64,000 bases of DNA. Origin: a virus. The stretch lies in the IMG/VR virus record IMGVR_UViG_3300026488_000026, positions 14,937 through 78,936 of that record; one strand, given 5' to 3'. The position numbers were made by a program, and so were the translations under genes. Below are positions 1 to 8,397 of this stretch, piece by piece. The first letter of the stretch is position 1. Each line of letters starts with the position of its first letter. The notes beneath the pieces are model-generated. The model was not told the origin of the DNA, did no database searches, and was given only the letters and a program-made list of their open reading frames with translations.

Positions 1-621
1 AAGTGATTTTACAAGCTCTTGTCTAACAAGTTGTGTAATTGCTGTTACCATTTCTTGGTCTGCTTGGTCTGTTACAGCAAGTAATGTCTTAAATCTTGAA
101 GTTGCAAAACTAATTTTTGCACCATTAATAGCACTTTCAATAGCATCCTCACCTGGAGCAATTAAATATGCTTTTGCTTTATCTGTTTTTGCTGGAATAG
201 AAAATGTACTTCTATTTTCTGGCATTTTAAATCTTTGGAATAGCCCTTCAACTTTAAGGTCAAGTTCAAGTTCTTCCATTACTTTATTTGAAAATTCCTC
301 AGCTAACCAACTTGCAATATCTGATGGTTTAATTGCTTTTTCAATAATAGGTGCGATTTCTTTAAATTCAGCAAAACTATCAACAGGTCTGCCAAGAAGT
401 TTAGATTTAATGTGCAAATCAACTGCTTTTTCTTTTGCCTTTGCAACTTCTTTATCATTAATAGATTTTTCTTCAAATTTTGTTTTTCTTTCAGTCCATT
501 TATCTTCAAATTCTTTTTTAAGCTCTTCTACTTTTTTTTGTGCTTCAGTTTTAGTGCTGTCAAGCTCCTTTTTAAGTTCTTCTACTTGTTTTTGTAATGT
601 AGAAATTACTTCAATTCCCAT
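1..621 (-). CDS. Major capsid protein (HK97 fold, T5-like), 5' part; runs off window start
   Basis: Manual translation from ATG 621 (GAAAGGA RBS) is open to position 1: MGIEVISTLQKQVEELKKE... coiled-coil delta domain, then WLAEEFSNKVMEELELDLKVEGLFQRFKMP. Follows protease and portal; absent from the ORF track. Confidence 0.85.
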   Translation of the reverse strand, partial: MGIEVISTLQKQVEELKKELDSTKTEAQKKVEELKKEFEDKWTERKTKFEEKSINDKEVAKAKEKAVDLHIKSKLLGRPVDSFAEFKEIAPIIEKAIKPSDIASWLAEEFSNKVMEELELDLKVEGLFQRFKMPENRSTFSIPAKTDKAKAYLIAPGEDAIESAINGAKISFATSRFKTLLAVTDQADQEMVTAITQLVRQELVKSL

Positions 622-654
622 AACCATTTCCTTTCGATGTTATTTTACAAAAGT

Positions 655-662
655 TATATCGG
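655..662 (-). promoter_or_regulatory. Late promoter motif CCGATATA (capsid gene)
   Basis: One of 8 intergenic YYGATATA copies; 34 nt upstream of ATG. Confidence 0.7.
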
Positions 663-813
663 AAAGTTGTAATTTGTTTTATTATCAGCAAATTTTTTAT
701 TGTATTCTAAAATTTGTTTGTTTAAAAAATCGTTGATTTTTTTCAAGTCTTCGCGTTCTTTAACACAAATTTTATAACGATTTAAAAGTTCTTCAAATTC
801 TTCTTTAGGAATT

Positions 814-1005
814 TCAATCATTTCCCTCTTCATTTTTTACCTTTATATGTAATATGATAGGTTTAGTTTTTGTTATATTATAATCATAACTTTGTAATTT
901 AGGACAATTTGTTTTTAAATAAACATATTTTATTTTTTCTTTACAGGCACAACCATTAAGGAATAGTGATGTTAATATCACGCTCAATAGTAATGTTTTT
1001 TTCAT
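814..1005 (-). CDS. o-spanin-like lipoprotein
   Basis: MKKTLLLSVILTSLFLNGC lipobox; overlaps 3' end of the i-spanin-like gene. Confidence 0.7.
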   Translation of the reverse strand: MKKTLLLSVILTSLFLNGCACKEKIKYVYLKTNCPKLQSYDYNITKTKPIILHIKVKNEEGND

Positions 1006-1279
1006 TTTTAGTTCCTTCAATTTGTTTTGCAACATTTAATTTTTCTTCTAAAGTATTTCTTTCAAAATTTACAACTTTTAAAGTGTTTTTAATTTTTAAA
1101 AGAGTTTGTTTTAAATTATTGTTTTCAAGTTCTAAATTTTTAATTGTAGTTTCTTGTTTTTGTATTGTCTTTTTAAGTTCTTTTTCATTCAATTTTATTT
1201 GAATAAAAATAACACTAAAAGCAATTAACATAATTGCCAATAAAAAGCCAAAAATTTTATTTTTTAATAAATTAAACAT
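956..1279 (-). CDS. i-spanin-like protein
   Basis: N-terminal TM helix plus coiled coil; start re-called at MFNLLK. Confidence 0.7.
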   Translation of the reverse strand: MFNLLKNKIFGFLLAIMLIAFSVIFIQIKLNEKELKKTIQKQETTIKNLELENNNLKQTLLKIKNTLKVVNFERNTLEEKLNVAKQIEGTKNEKNITIERDINITIP

Positions 1280-1493
1280 TTTCTTCATCCTTACTTTTTG
1301 ATTTTTCATAAGTCCTACCAGCAATCCATGCAACAGGAATACCAACAGCAATTGCAGTCCATAAATCAATAAAAGCTTTATCTAAAGAAATAATTTTAAA
1401 TCCACTTAATAAGGTTATTAAAGAAGTAAAAAAGAGAACATACCACGCCATTGAAGGTCGTGATAAATTTTTAAACAAATCAATTTTGTTCAT
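1272..1493 (-). CDS. Small two-TM membrane protein, holin-like
   Basis: Two hydrophobic segments, charged C-tail (GRTYEK), adjacent to spanins. Confidence 0.55.
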   Translation of the reverse strand: MNKIDLFKNLSRPSMAWYVLFFTSLITLLSGFKIISLDKAFIDLWTAIAVGIPVAWIAGRTYEKSKSKDEENV

Positions 1494-2955
1494 CTTTTTG
1501 TAGATATTCCGCAAGTTTTTCGTTTATAATTTTTTCAAGCTCACCATAAACATTTAAAAGATAATCAAGTCCTTCAACATCATTTGCCTTTTTCTTTAAA
1601 AAGGCTAATAAATCAAATTGTTCTTCTTTATTATCATCATGTAGTTCTTTTTTATTTTCTATCTCTTGTTCTTTTTTTACACCATTATCATCTCTATCTT
1701 GGAAATAATTTTTCATAAATGCAAGTAATTTTGCAACTTCACTTCTACCTATAATAAAATCATAAACATTTCCATCATTTTTTACATATCTTCTAATTCT
1801 ATAACCTAATGGCGGGTTTGGATAAGCTGTTAATACACTTTCACTTGTAACATTTACAATAAGCTCTCCTTCATCTCCGCCTTGAACTTGGTCTCCTACT
1901 TTTAAATTTTGACTTGATTCTATAATTTGATTTACTTTATCTTTTCCAAGATTTGTTGTTCCTCCTCTTTTTGCTTTTGTTTGCATATCTACTACCTCCT
2001 TAATTTCAGAATAAATTTTTTCAACTTGTGCTTCAAATTCCTTAACCATTTCTTCCAATTCTTGTGGTATTTCCTCAATTAAGTTTTGTCTTTTCATTTC
2101 TCTATAATGCTTTAATAAATGCCTACTTGCATCTCTTTTTTCTACAACACTAATATTAGGATCATTTCTTGCTCCTCTTAGTGCTTGATAAGCACTTATA
2201 ACACCATTTTTATTAACAACTAAATCTTCACCTTGTAATTCATGATGAGGAAATTTCCAAGTACTCCTTTTTTCAATATCACCTACAACTAAATAACACT
2301 CTTTAATATAACTCTCTTTACCTAATTCTGCTAATTTTTGTCCTAAAGCTGTTTTATCAACTTCAGACCAAGCTTTAGTGCTAATTACATTGTTTTTTAT
2401 TGCTTTTTCTTTACTCATTTCCATAAATCCTTTCTTAGTTAAATTTTGTCTTGTTGCCAACAAACATATTCCTCTTTCACAAGGACTACTTTCTAAGACC
2501 GTAAATAAACTATCTTGGTTATCAGGAATAGATACAATACTTACTTCATAAAGCTCGATTTTAGTCCAATACCATACACCATCAATTTCTTTATAATCAA
2601 GACCTCTAAAACCTATCGAAAAAGCTTTTAAAATACCTTCTTTAATAGCTAAAAAAACTTTTGGATTTAACGCTTTATAAACAATTGCTTCAATTTCAAG
2701 ACCTTTTTGCGTTAAATTAATATTAATTACTTTTCCTACTACATCTAAAGGATTGTGTTGATAGAGTAATACAGGATTTTTCATAAAATTAGTTAAATCA
2801 TAACTTTCTGGTAATACGCTTTCTTCACTTCTATCTACTATTAAATTGCCATTATCATCAAGATAGCGATTTGCAAAACCTTTAATTAATATTTTTTCAT
2901 CATCATTAACTTCAGTTGAAAATTCTTTTACAATTAAATTAAAAGTTTTATCCAT
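1480..2955 (-). CDS. Prohead protease (HK97/U35 family) with long C-terminal extension
   Basis: NPVLLYQH, AFSIGF, LYEVSIVSIPDN motifs; lies between portal and capsid. Confidence 0.9.
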   Translation of the reverse strand: MDKTFNLIVKEFSTEVNDDEKILIKGFANRYLDDNGNLIVDRSEESVLPESYDLTNFMKNPVLLYQHNPLDVVGKVININLTQKGLEIEAIVYKALNPKVFLAIKEGILKAFSIGFRGLDYKEIDGVWYWTKIELYEVSIVSIPDNQDSLFTVLESSPCERGICLLATRQNLTKKGFMEMSKEKAIKNNVISTKAWSEVDKTALGQKLAELGKESYIKECYLVVGDIEKRSTWKFPHHELQGEDLVVNKNGVISAYQALRGARNDPNISVVEKRDASRHLLKHYREMKRQNLIEEIPQELEEMVKEFEAQVEKIYSEIKEVVDMQTKAKRGGTTNLGKDKVNQIIESSQNLKVGDQVQGGDEGELIVNVTSESVLTAYPNPPLGYRIRRYVKNDGNVYDFIIGRSEVAKLLAFMKNYFQDRDDNGVKKEQEIENKKELHDDNKEEQFDLLAFLKKKANDVEGLDYLLNVYGELEKIINEKLAEYLQKDEQN

Positions 2956-2983
2956 AAATTCTCCTTTAGAACTTCTTTAAGAT

Positions 2984-2991
2984 TATATCGG
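2984..2991 (-). promoter_or_regulatory. Late promoter motif CCGATATA (protease)
   Basis: 29 nt upstream of ATG. Confidence 0.7.
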
Positions 2992-4347
2992 CTAAACTTT
3001 TAAATCAGGATCGCCTCCTAAAGGGTCTGTACTTCCTACACTACTTGGTTTATTATTTTGGCTTTCAGAATTATCAGTATTATTTTCTGAATTATTTTTA
3101 CTCATAGCAACTAAATCTTGGAAGAATTGAGCTTCGCTACCTGTTAAGAAAGCAGGGACAATATTTTTATCTGCACCATCAAAATCCATTTCTGGTAAAT
3201 CAACTAAATTTCTTGCTTCATTTAATGTGGCAAGTCCTGTTGCAAACAATGTTCTCGCACTATCAGCTTTTACATCAAGAGCCGTATCAAGTTCTGTAAT
3301 TCTTCCAAAATCAAATTCAAAATGATACTTACCATAACCAAATTGTTTTCCTAAAAACAAATTAATTTGGTCTTGTATTCTATATAAATAAGGTCTTACA
3401 GCGGTATTAAATACAACTTTCATTAATTCTTGTGGTTTTCCAGCACTACTTGACTCACCTCCTAAAACAAGTGCATTTAATTTAAAAACTCTTAAAACTC
3501 TTTTTTCACTTATATTTATACTATCTAAAAGCATTGCATCTTTAGGGCTTGCTTGAACTGTCTTATAATCCATTTTGGCTGGTAAAACAGCTATACCTCT
3601 TCTTTCACTACCACCTTTTCCATATAAAGCATTAAATTGTTCTCTTAATTCTTCTATTTGTTGAGGAGTTAGAGCGTATTCTGCTTTTAAAATACCAGCT
3701 AAAATTACACTTCCTTCATAAAATTCTTTTAAACTTTCAATGGCATCTTTTTCTAATGTTAAAGTATCAAGTAAAGGGGCTACACTTGGTAGCCCATAAT
3801 AAGCATTATTTAAAGTTGGATTTACAATCCAAATAAGTTCATTTTCTTTATAAGCAATTTTATCATTATAAATATAACCTTTAATAAATTTAGTCGCATC
3901 GGGCACTACTTTAACATTGTGAGGTTGAGTTAAAAACCAAGTTTCATAACTTCCTTTTACATTTTCAAAAGTTAAAGGAGCTACACCAGAGAGTAATAAA
4001 CCTTGAATTGCAAGTTCAATTATTGTCCCCCAAGACCAAAACGGATTTGGTCTGTATTCCCATTCTCTTAATTTTTTGTCCTTAACAGGTAGTTTTTTAC
4101 CAGATTTATCTAACTGATATAATCTTGGGACGGCTTGTCCTCCAGCTTTTGCTATATAATCAACAGCACTAAAAACAAGCTCACTTGTATGAAAAGAATT
4201 TTCCATAGCACTTGTAGCTAAAATACCATTTCCATCTTTATAATCTTCAAAAATTTTTTTATTTGCTTTTGTAGCTTTGGTATTCATATATATTAATGTT
4301 TCTTTTTTTGTCTGAGGTTGTTTTTTAAAAAGATCAAAAAAACCCAT
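2992..4347 (-). CDS. Portal protein (HK97 family)
   Basis: RPNPFWS, YYGLPS, TLNEARNLVDLP motifs. Confidence 0.93.
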   Translation of the reverse strand: MGFFDLFKKQPQTKKETLIYMNTKATKANKKIFEDYKDGNGILATSAMENSFHTSELVFSAVDYIAKAGGQAVPRLYQLDKSGKKLPVKDKKLREWEYRPNPFWSWGTIIELAIQGLLLSGVAPLTFENVKGSYETWFLTQPHNVKVVPDATKFIKGYIYNDKIAYKENELIWIVNPTLNNAYYGLPSVAPLLDTLTLEKDAIESLKEFYEGSVILAGILKAEYALTPQQIEELREQFNALYGKGGSERRGIAVLPAKMDYKTVQASPKDAMLLDSINISEKRVLRVFKLNALVLGGESSSAGKPQELMKVVFNTAVRPYLYRIQDQINLFLGKQFGYGKYHFEFDFGRITELDTALDVKADSARTLFATGLATLNEARNLVDLPEMDFDGADKNIVPAFLTGSEAQFFQDLVAMSKNNSENNTDNSESQNNKPSSVGSTDPLGGDPDLKV

Positions 4348-4379
4348 CTATTTTCCTTTTTAATTATTATTACATAACA

Positions 4380-4387
4380 TATATCAG
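4380..4387 (-). promoter_or_regulatory. Late promoter motif CTGATATA (portal)
   Basis: 33 nt upstream of ATG. Confidence 0.7.
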
Positions 4388-4449
4388 TTTTAATAAAAAC
4401 ATAAAAAATAAAGGAGAGAAAAATGAAACCTAATTTTAAGGGGAGGACA

Positions 4450-4487
4450 TTCAATTGAGCTTTATTTAAAAATAAAGCTCAATTGAA
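4450..4487. repeat. Perfect 18-bp inverted repeat
   Basis: TTCAATTGAGCTTTATTT-AA-AAATAAAGCTCAATTGAA; no U-tract on either side. Confidence 0.95.
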
Positions 4488-4561
4488 CACCCACATCAGG
4501 TGTTCTAAATTTAACACCCACTTCAGGTGTTATAAATTGAACACCCACATCAGGTGTTCTA
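4481..4561. repeat. Three tandem 27-bp palindromic units
   Basis: AATTGAACACCCACATCAGGTGTTCTA / AATTTAACACCCACTTCAGGTGTTATA / AATTGAACACCCACATCAGGTGTTCTA. Confidence 0.95.
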
Positions 4562-4565
4562 CTAT

Positions 4566-4573
4566 TATATCGG
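4566..4573 (-). promoter_or_regulatory. Late promoter motif CCGATATA heading the repeat element
   Basis: Same motif as at 7 late genes; 4 nt from the first repeat. Confidence 0.65.
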
Positions 4574-4576
4574 AAA

Positions 4577-5626
4577 TTATACAACCCGTGTTGAAATGTA
4601 AATTCCTTTATAAGTTTTTTTACTCAAAGTTGGGTCGGTAGTAAACAAAGGAAAATGTCTAATGCTTACTGTTTCTTTAAAAAACTCACTAAAATAAACT
4701 TTACCATCAGAAGTTTCTTGTCTAAATCTAAATTTTAATTGATTTACTCTCCCCCATTGTGGGTTAGAGCCAGAAAAGTCAAGAGTTATTTTATTGTTAG
4801 TAAATTTATTTAATGGATAATAAGTGCTTCTTCTTGATCTTGACATATTTCCTGTGTTACCACTATTGTTAAAATTAGTAACTTTATCATAACCCCACAT
4901 TTCAAGAATTAAGTTTTCAGGAAAAGTTTGATTAAAGACAAAACCACCAATTGAAATGGTATTGAAAAATTTTTTATTTAATTGCATTGTTTCATTTCCA
5001 TCAAATTGTTTATAAGTTACAGTCCAATCAGTAGGGTCGTCATTATTCATAACAGCATCTTCTAAATACATATATTGTTTTGTATTATCCCACATAGTAA
5101 TCGGTATCATTGCATTTCTTGCTTTTACTCTTGTAGTACCCTCATACCTATCCAATCTTATATTATACATTCCTCCAAATTTAATTGGCTCTTTATAAAC
5201 AATTTTAATTGTTCCAGCTGGATTACCATTAGGAAAACTTAAATGTTGTGTATAACCAGCTGGATTTATATATTGTTTTCCAAATTCCCAATCATCAAAC
5301 AAAGTATCATTAATATATACTTTTACTAAATTTTTATTTGGAAAAATTAATTGTCTTAACCACAATAGTTTTTGAGGCGAAATGTTATCCGTATGAGAAT
5401 ACATAATTATTTGATTTTCTCTAACATTACTACCTCCAAAAGGAACTAAATAGCCTTTTGAAATTGCATCATCTACATTGCTTGTAGCTACCGAATTATT
5501 TGCTACAACATAATAATCGTAACTACCAGAATCTACAATAACCAATTGATTTAATTCATAATTCTGTAATATAATCACATCTGTTGGCTTTAATACAGGT
5601 ATTTTATAATGAGTATAAACTTGCAT
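4577..5626 (-). CDS. Virion structural/fibre-associated protein
   Basis: Late operon; paralogous to C-half of 5637..7505; N-terminal motif shared with 14787..16349. Confidence 0.6.
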   Translation of the reverse strand: MQVYTHYKIPVLKPTDVIILQNYELNQLVIVDSGSYDYYVVANNSVATSNVDDAISKGYLVPFGGSNVRENQIIMYSHTDNISPQKLLWLRQLIFPNKNLVKVYINDTLFDDWEFGKQYINPAGYTQHLSFPNGNPAGTIKIVYKEPIKFGGMYNIRLDRYEGTTRVKARNAMIPITMWDNTKQYMYLEDAVMNNDDPTDWTVTYKQFDGNETMQLNKKFFNTISIGGFVFNQTFPENLILEMWGYDKVTNFNNSGNTGNMSRSRRSTYYPLNKFTNNKITLDFSGSNPQWGRVNQLKFRFRQETSDGKVYFSEFFKETVSIRHFPLFTTDPTLSKKTYKGIYISTRVV

Positions 5627-5636
5627 TTTTCCTCCT

Positions 5637-7505
5637 TTAAATAATTTTCATAAGTTTGTAATCACCTACAAACTTATTTTCACTATCAGATGCATCTATT
5701 GTAAATACAGGAAAAGTCCTGACACTAACTACACTTGAAAGCCAACGACTAAACAAAACATTACCACTTTCATCTGTTTTACCTAATCTAAAATGATAAA
5801 TACCATTTTTATCAAGATTAGAAATTTTATTAATAGTAAATTTACCAATAGGTATTAATCTTCCTTGTGCCTCCATGTTATTTGGGATATGTTTTGTATT
5901 TGGGGATTTACTATCGCTTTTCCATACTTCTATCCAAAAACCATCTGGTAATGTTTCTTCTTTCGGAAATTCTGCTATATAAGCAAAATTAGGACTTGCT
6001 TTTTCTACTATAATTTTAATATCTGGGTTATCAATTCTAATATATTTACAAGAATAGCGTTTATAACCTAATTCTTCCCCAAGTATGCTTACTTCTTTTA
6101 AATAAAATTTATTACCATGGCTATCTGTAATAAATTTAGTTATCATTTTTGGTCTTGAAGTTATTTGTAAAGAGCCTTCTTTTCTATATAATACAAGTTT
6201 ATAATCGCCCAAATTTATAGGCTCTAAATATTCAATTTTAATTTCATCATCGCTATTTAATGTAGTGTTGAATTTTAAATGAGTTGTATAATCAGGATTT
6301 AAACTTTGGACTTGATTGCCAAAATCCCAATCTTCATATTCTACTCCATTAACCCAAACTTTAAATAAATTTTTGTTTTTAAAAACATAGCGTTTTAAAA
6401 ACAACAAGTTTTTACCAGAAATATCTTTTCCTTTTCTATAAATAAAAACACGATTAGTTGTATCACTACTATCGTTAAAGCTAAACAATTCTCCCGTGTT
6501 AATATCAATACCTATTACATAAGCATTTTCTGGTTTTGGTTTTGGGGTCTTTGCATAAGAATAAAAAATAGGATTTTTCATTTTAAAATCAAAAGCATCT
6601 TTTGTTACTGAGAAATAAGGTTTAATTGATGCAAAATCATTTCCTAAAGCAATATCATATTGTGCTTGGTCTCCATAAGCTCCAACTACTAATTGCTTAT
6701 CACTAAGATTACCTCCTTTACCAGCCAAATAAGCTTGATAAAAACTTGTTGGATACATTGTTAAAAAAACTTGGTCTTTATAAGGGTCAGCAGAGGTAGA
6801 AGCCGTAAATCCAGCCCCAGCATAATTATCAGAATTATTTTCATTTGTTACATTTATTTCAACAATACCATAAACATTTCTTTTTATAGCAATGCGTTGG
6901 ACATCATCCGCCGTTTGATTGTTAGGTTGTAATTGTTTTCCAATTCCTGTATCTGATTCAGTTTTTTCCCAATAAGTTTTTTTATCAATAATATCACAGA
7001 TATCTTTTGGCGTGTATCTTCTAACTTCATCAACAGCACAAGGATTTTGTTTTTCAACTTCAGTTATTTTATGAATTTGAACGCCAAGATAAAACCATTT
7101 TGGATTACCATCCTCGTCTTTCCTTGCTTCATACAAACCAGCTTTCTTTCTATTAAATAAAGTCCAAGTTCCTGTTGCTTTTTGAACTAACCATTGCTCC
7201 CCTAAATGGTCGGCTGGGTCAGGTAAATCAGCAAAAGTTTCAACTTCGCCTTCCCAACCATCAAAACTTGAACTACCTCCTCCTAAACTAACTTCAACCC
7301 AACTTATCAAATCATCTTGTAATTGCCAAAATTTTCCATCTTCTTGACAATAAACTACCATTCCTGATTTTCTTCTTAAATCAGGAATGTTATCTCTCTC
7401 TTCAATAGTAGCTACAACACGAAAACCACCTTCTAAATGAGTATCTTCAACTAAAGGATATTCTCCTCCACCTGTATCAAATTTTCCTGTTATTTTAATC
7501 CCCAT
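5637..7505 (-). CDS. Head/tail fibre-like protein
   Basis: GGFRVVATIEERDNIP...RRKSGMVVY and VETFADLP fibre-type modules. Confidence 0.6.
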   Translation of the reverse strand: MGIKITGKFDTGGGEYPLVEDTHLEGGFRVVATIEERDNIPDLRRKSGMVVYCQEDGKFWQLQDDLISWVEVSLGGGSSSFDGWEGEVETFADLPDPADHLGEQWLVQKATGTWTLFNRKKAGLYEARKDEDGNPKWFYLGVQIHKITEVEKQNPCAVDEVRRYTPKDICDIIDKKTYWEKTESDTGIGKQLQPNNQTADDVQRIAIKRNVYGIVEINVTNENNSDNYAGAGFTASTSADPYKDQVFLTMYPTSFYQAYLAGKGGNLSDKQLVVGAYGDQAQYDIALGNDFASIKPYFSVTKDAFDFKMKNPIFYSYAKTPKPKPENAYVIGIDINTGELFSFNDSSDTTNRVFIYRKGKDISGKNLLFLKRYVFKNKNLFKVWVNGVEYEDWDFGNQVQSLNPDYTTHLKFNTTLNSDDEIKIEYLEPINLGDYKLVLYRKEGSLQITSRPKMITKFITDSHGNKFYLKEVSILGEELGYKRYSCKYIRIDNPDIKIIVEKASPNFAYIAEFPKEETLPDGFWIEVWKSDSKSPNTKHIPNNMEAQGRLIPIGKFTINKISNLDKNGIYHFRLGKTDESGNVLFSRWLSSVVSVRTFPVFTIDASDSENKFVGDYKLMKII

Positions 7506-7516
7506 TTAAAAACTCC

Positions 7517-8332
7517 TTAACTGATAGTGCTATCTAACGGACTACCTTGTTGATAAGTAGTTCGTAATGCTTTATATTCAATTGTAACACCATAATCATT
7601 TGTTATATTTATATTATCTAAATAAGTAAAATCCACGGCAAAACCCGATTCATTGTCACGCCAATCATTAATATTTCCCCATTCAGCTGGATAAAAAACA
7701 AAATAATATCTCAATTCACCATGATTATCAAAATTATATTTTCCTGAATACCCACTTTTTAAAGCACTATTCTCAAGTGCTTTAATTTCTTCCGCAGTTA
7801 AAGTTTCTTTTACCGAAGTTCCCCAATAAACTCTTGCTCTCCAATAAACACGAAAATCTCTACTAAATGTTTGTTCTTTTGTATTAACACCACTAATTCT
7901 CCAAGTATAATAACTATTAATTTCGCTTGAAGTTTTATCCTCCCCTATATCTAAATTTTCCTGACCATCATTTGCTAAATTACTACCTAAAATTGTATTA
8001 GCGTTTATATCTTTAATGCTAATAGAGTTTTCTTTTATATTTTCTGAATGACTTGTACTCCATTTAAAAGTTCTAATCCCACCGCTTATTGCTTGTCCTA
8101 CTTCTAATTGCGTTGATTGTCCTTCAATATAAAAACTTGTAAAAGAAGGATATTGATAAGGAAACAAAATCATTTTTAAAACTTCACAAGGTTGCATTCC
8201 ATTAATATCTGTACCAGCTTCTAATCCACCATGTTTTTCTGGTACAACTTCTTCAGTTTGCATAACACAACCACCAGACCCTCCACCAACTCCTATATCA
8301 GGGTAAATCACAGAAAATTTATTATTTGGCAT
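7517..8332 (-). CDS. Virion structural protein (Ig-like)
   Basis: ILFPYQYPSF motif, beta-rich; late promoter upstream. Confidence 0.55.
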   Translation of the reverse strand: MPNNKFSVIYPDIGVGGGSGGCVMQTEEVVPEKHGGLEAGTDINGMQPCEVLKMILFPYQYPSFTSFYIEGQSTQLEVGQAISGGIRTFKWSTSHSENIKENSISIKDINANTILGSNLANDGQENLDIGEDKTSSEINSYYTWRISGVNTKEQTFSRDFRVYWRARVYWGTSVKETLTAEEIKALENSALKSGYSGKYNFDNHGELRYYFVFYPAEWGNINDWRDNESGFAVDFTYLDNINITNDYGVTIEYKALRTTYQQGSPLDSTIS

Positions 8333-8361
8333 TTTCTTCCTTTATAGTTAGCATTTATACA

Positions 8362-8369
8362 TATATCAG
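8362..8369 (-). promoter_or_regulatory. Late promoter motif CTGATATA
   Basis: 30 nt upstream of ATG 8332. Confidence 0.7.
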
Positions 8370-8397
8370 TTATATTACTTTTAAAAACTAAAAAACC

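Larger units (their letters stand above)
4400..4561 (-). ncRNA. Candidate late structured antisense RNA: 3 hairpins, an 18-bp stem and an anti-RBS segment
   Basis: Own CCGATATA motif at 4566-4573 with no ORF behind it; segment 4401-4428 is complementary to leaders at 29764, 34150, 34418, 40415 and 57269. Confidence 0.55.

Noticed and set aside
303-1202. ORF-track entries 303..509, 410..736, 412..597, 966..1202
   Set aside because: Shadow or antisense frames of capsid and spanin genes
4450-4487. Intrinsic terminator
   Set aside because: No U-tract on either strand; AT-rich 18-bp stem
4481-4561. CRISPR array
   Set aside because: Units are directly tandem with no spacers; no cas genes in the window
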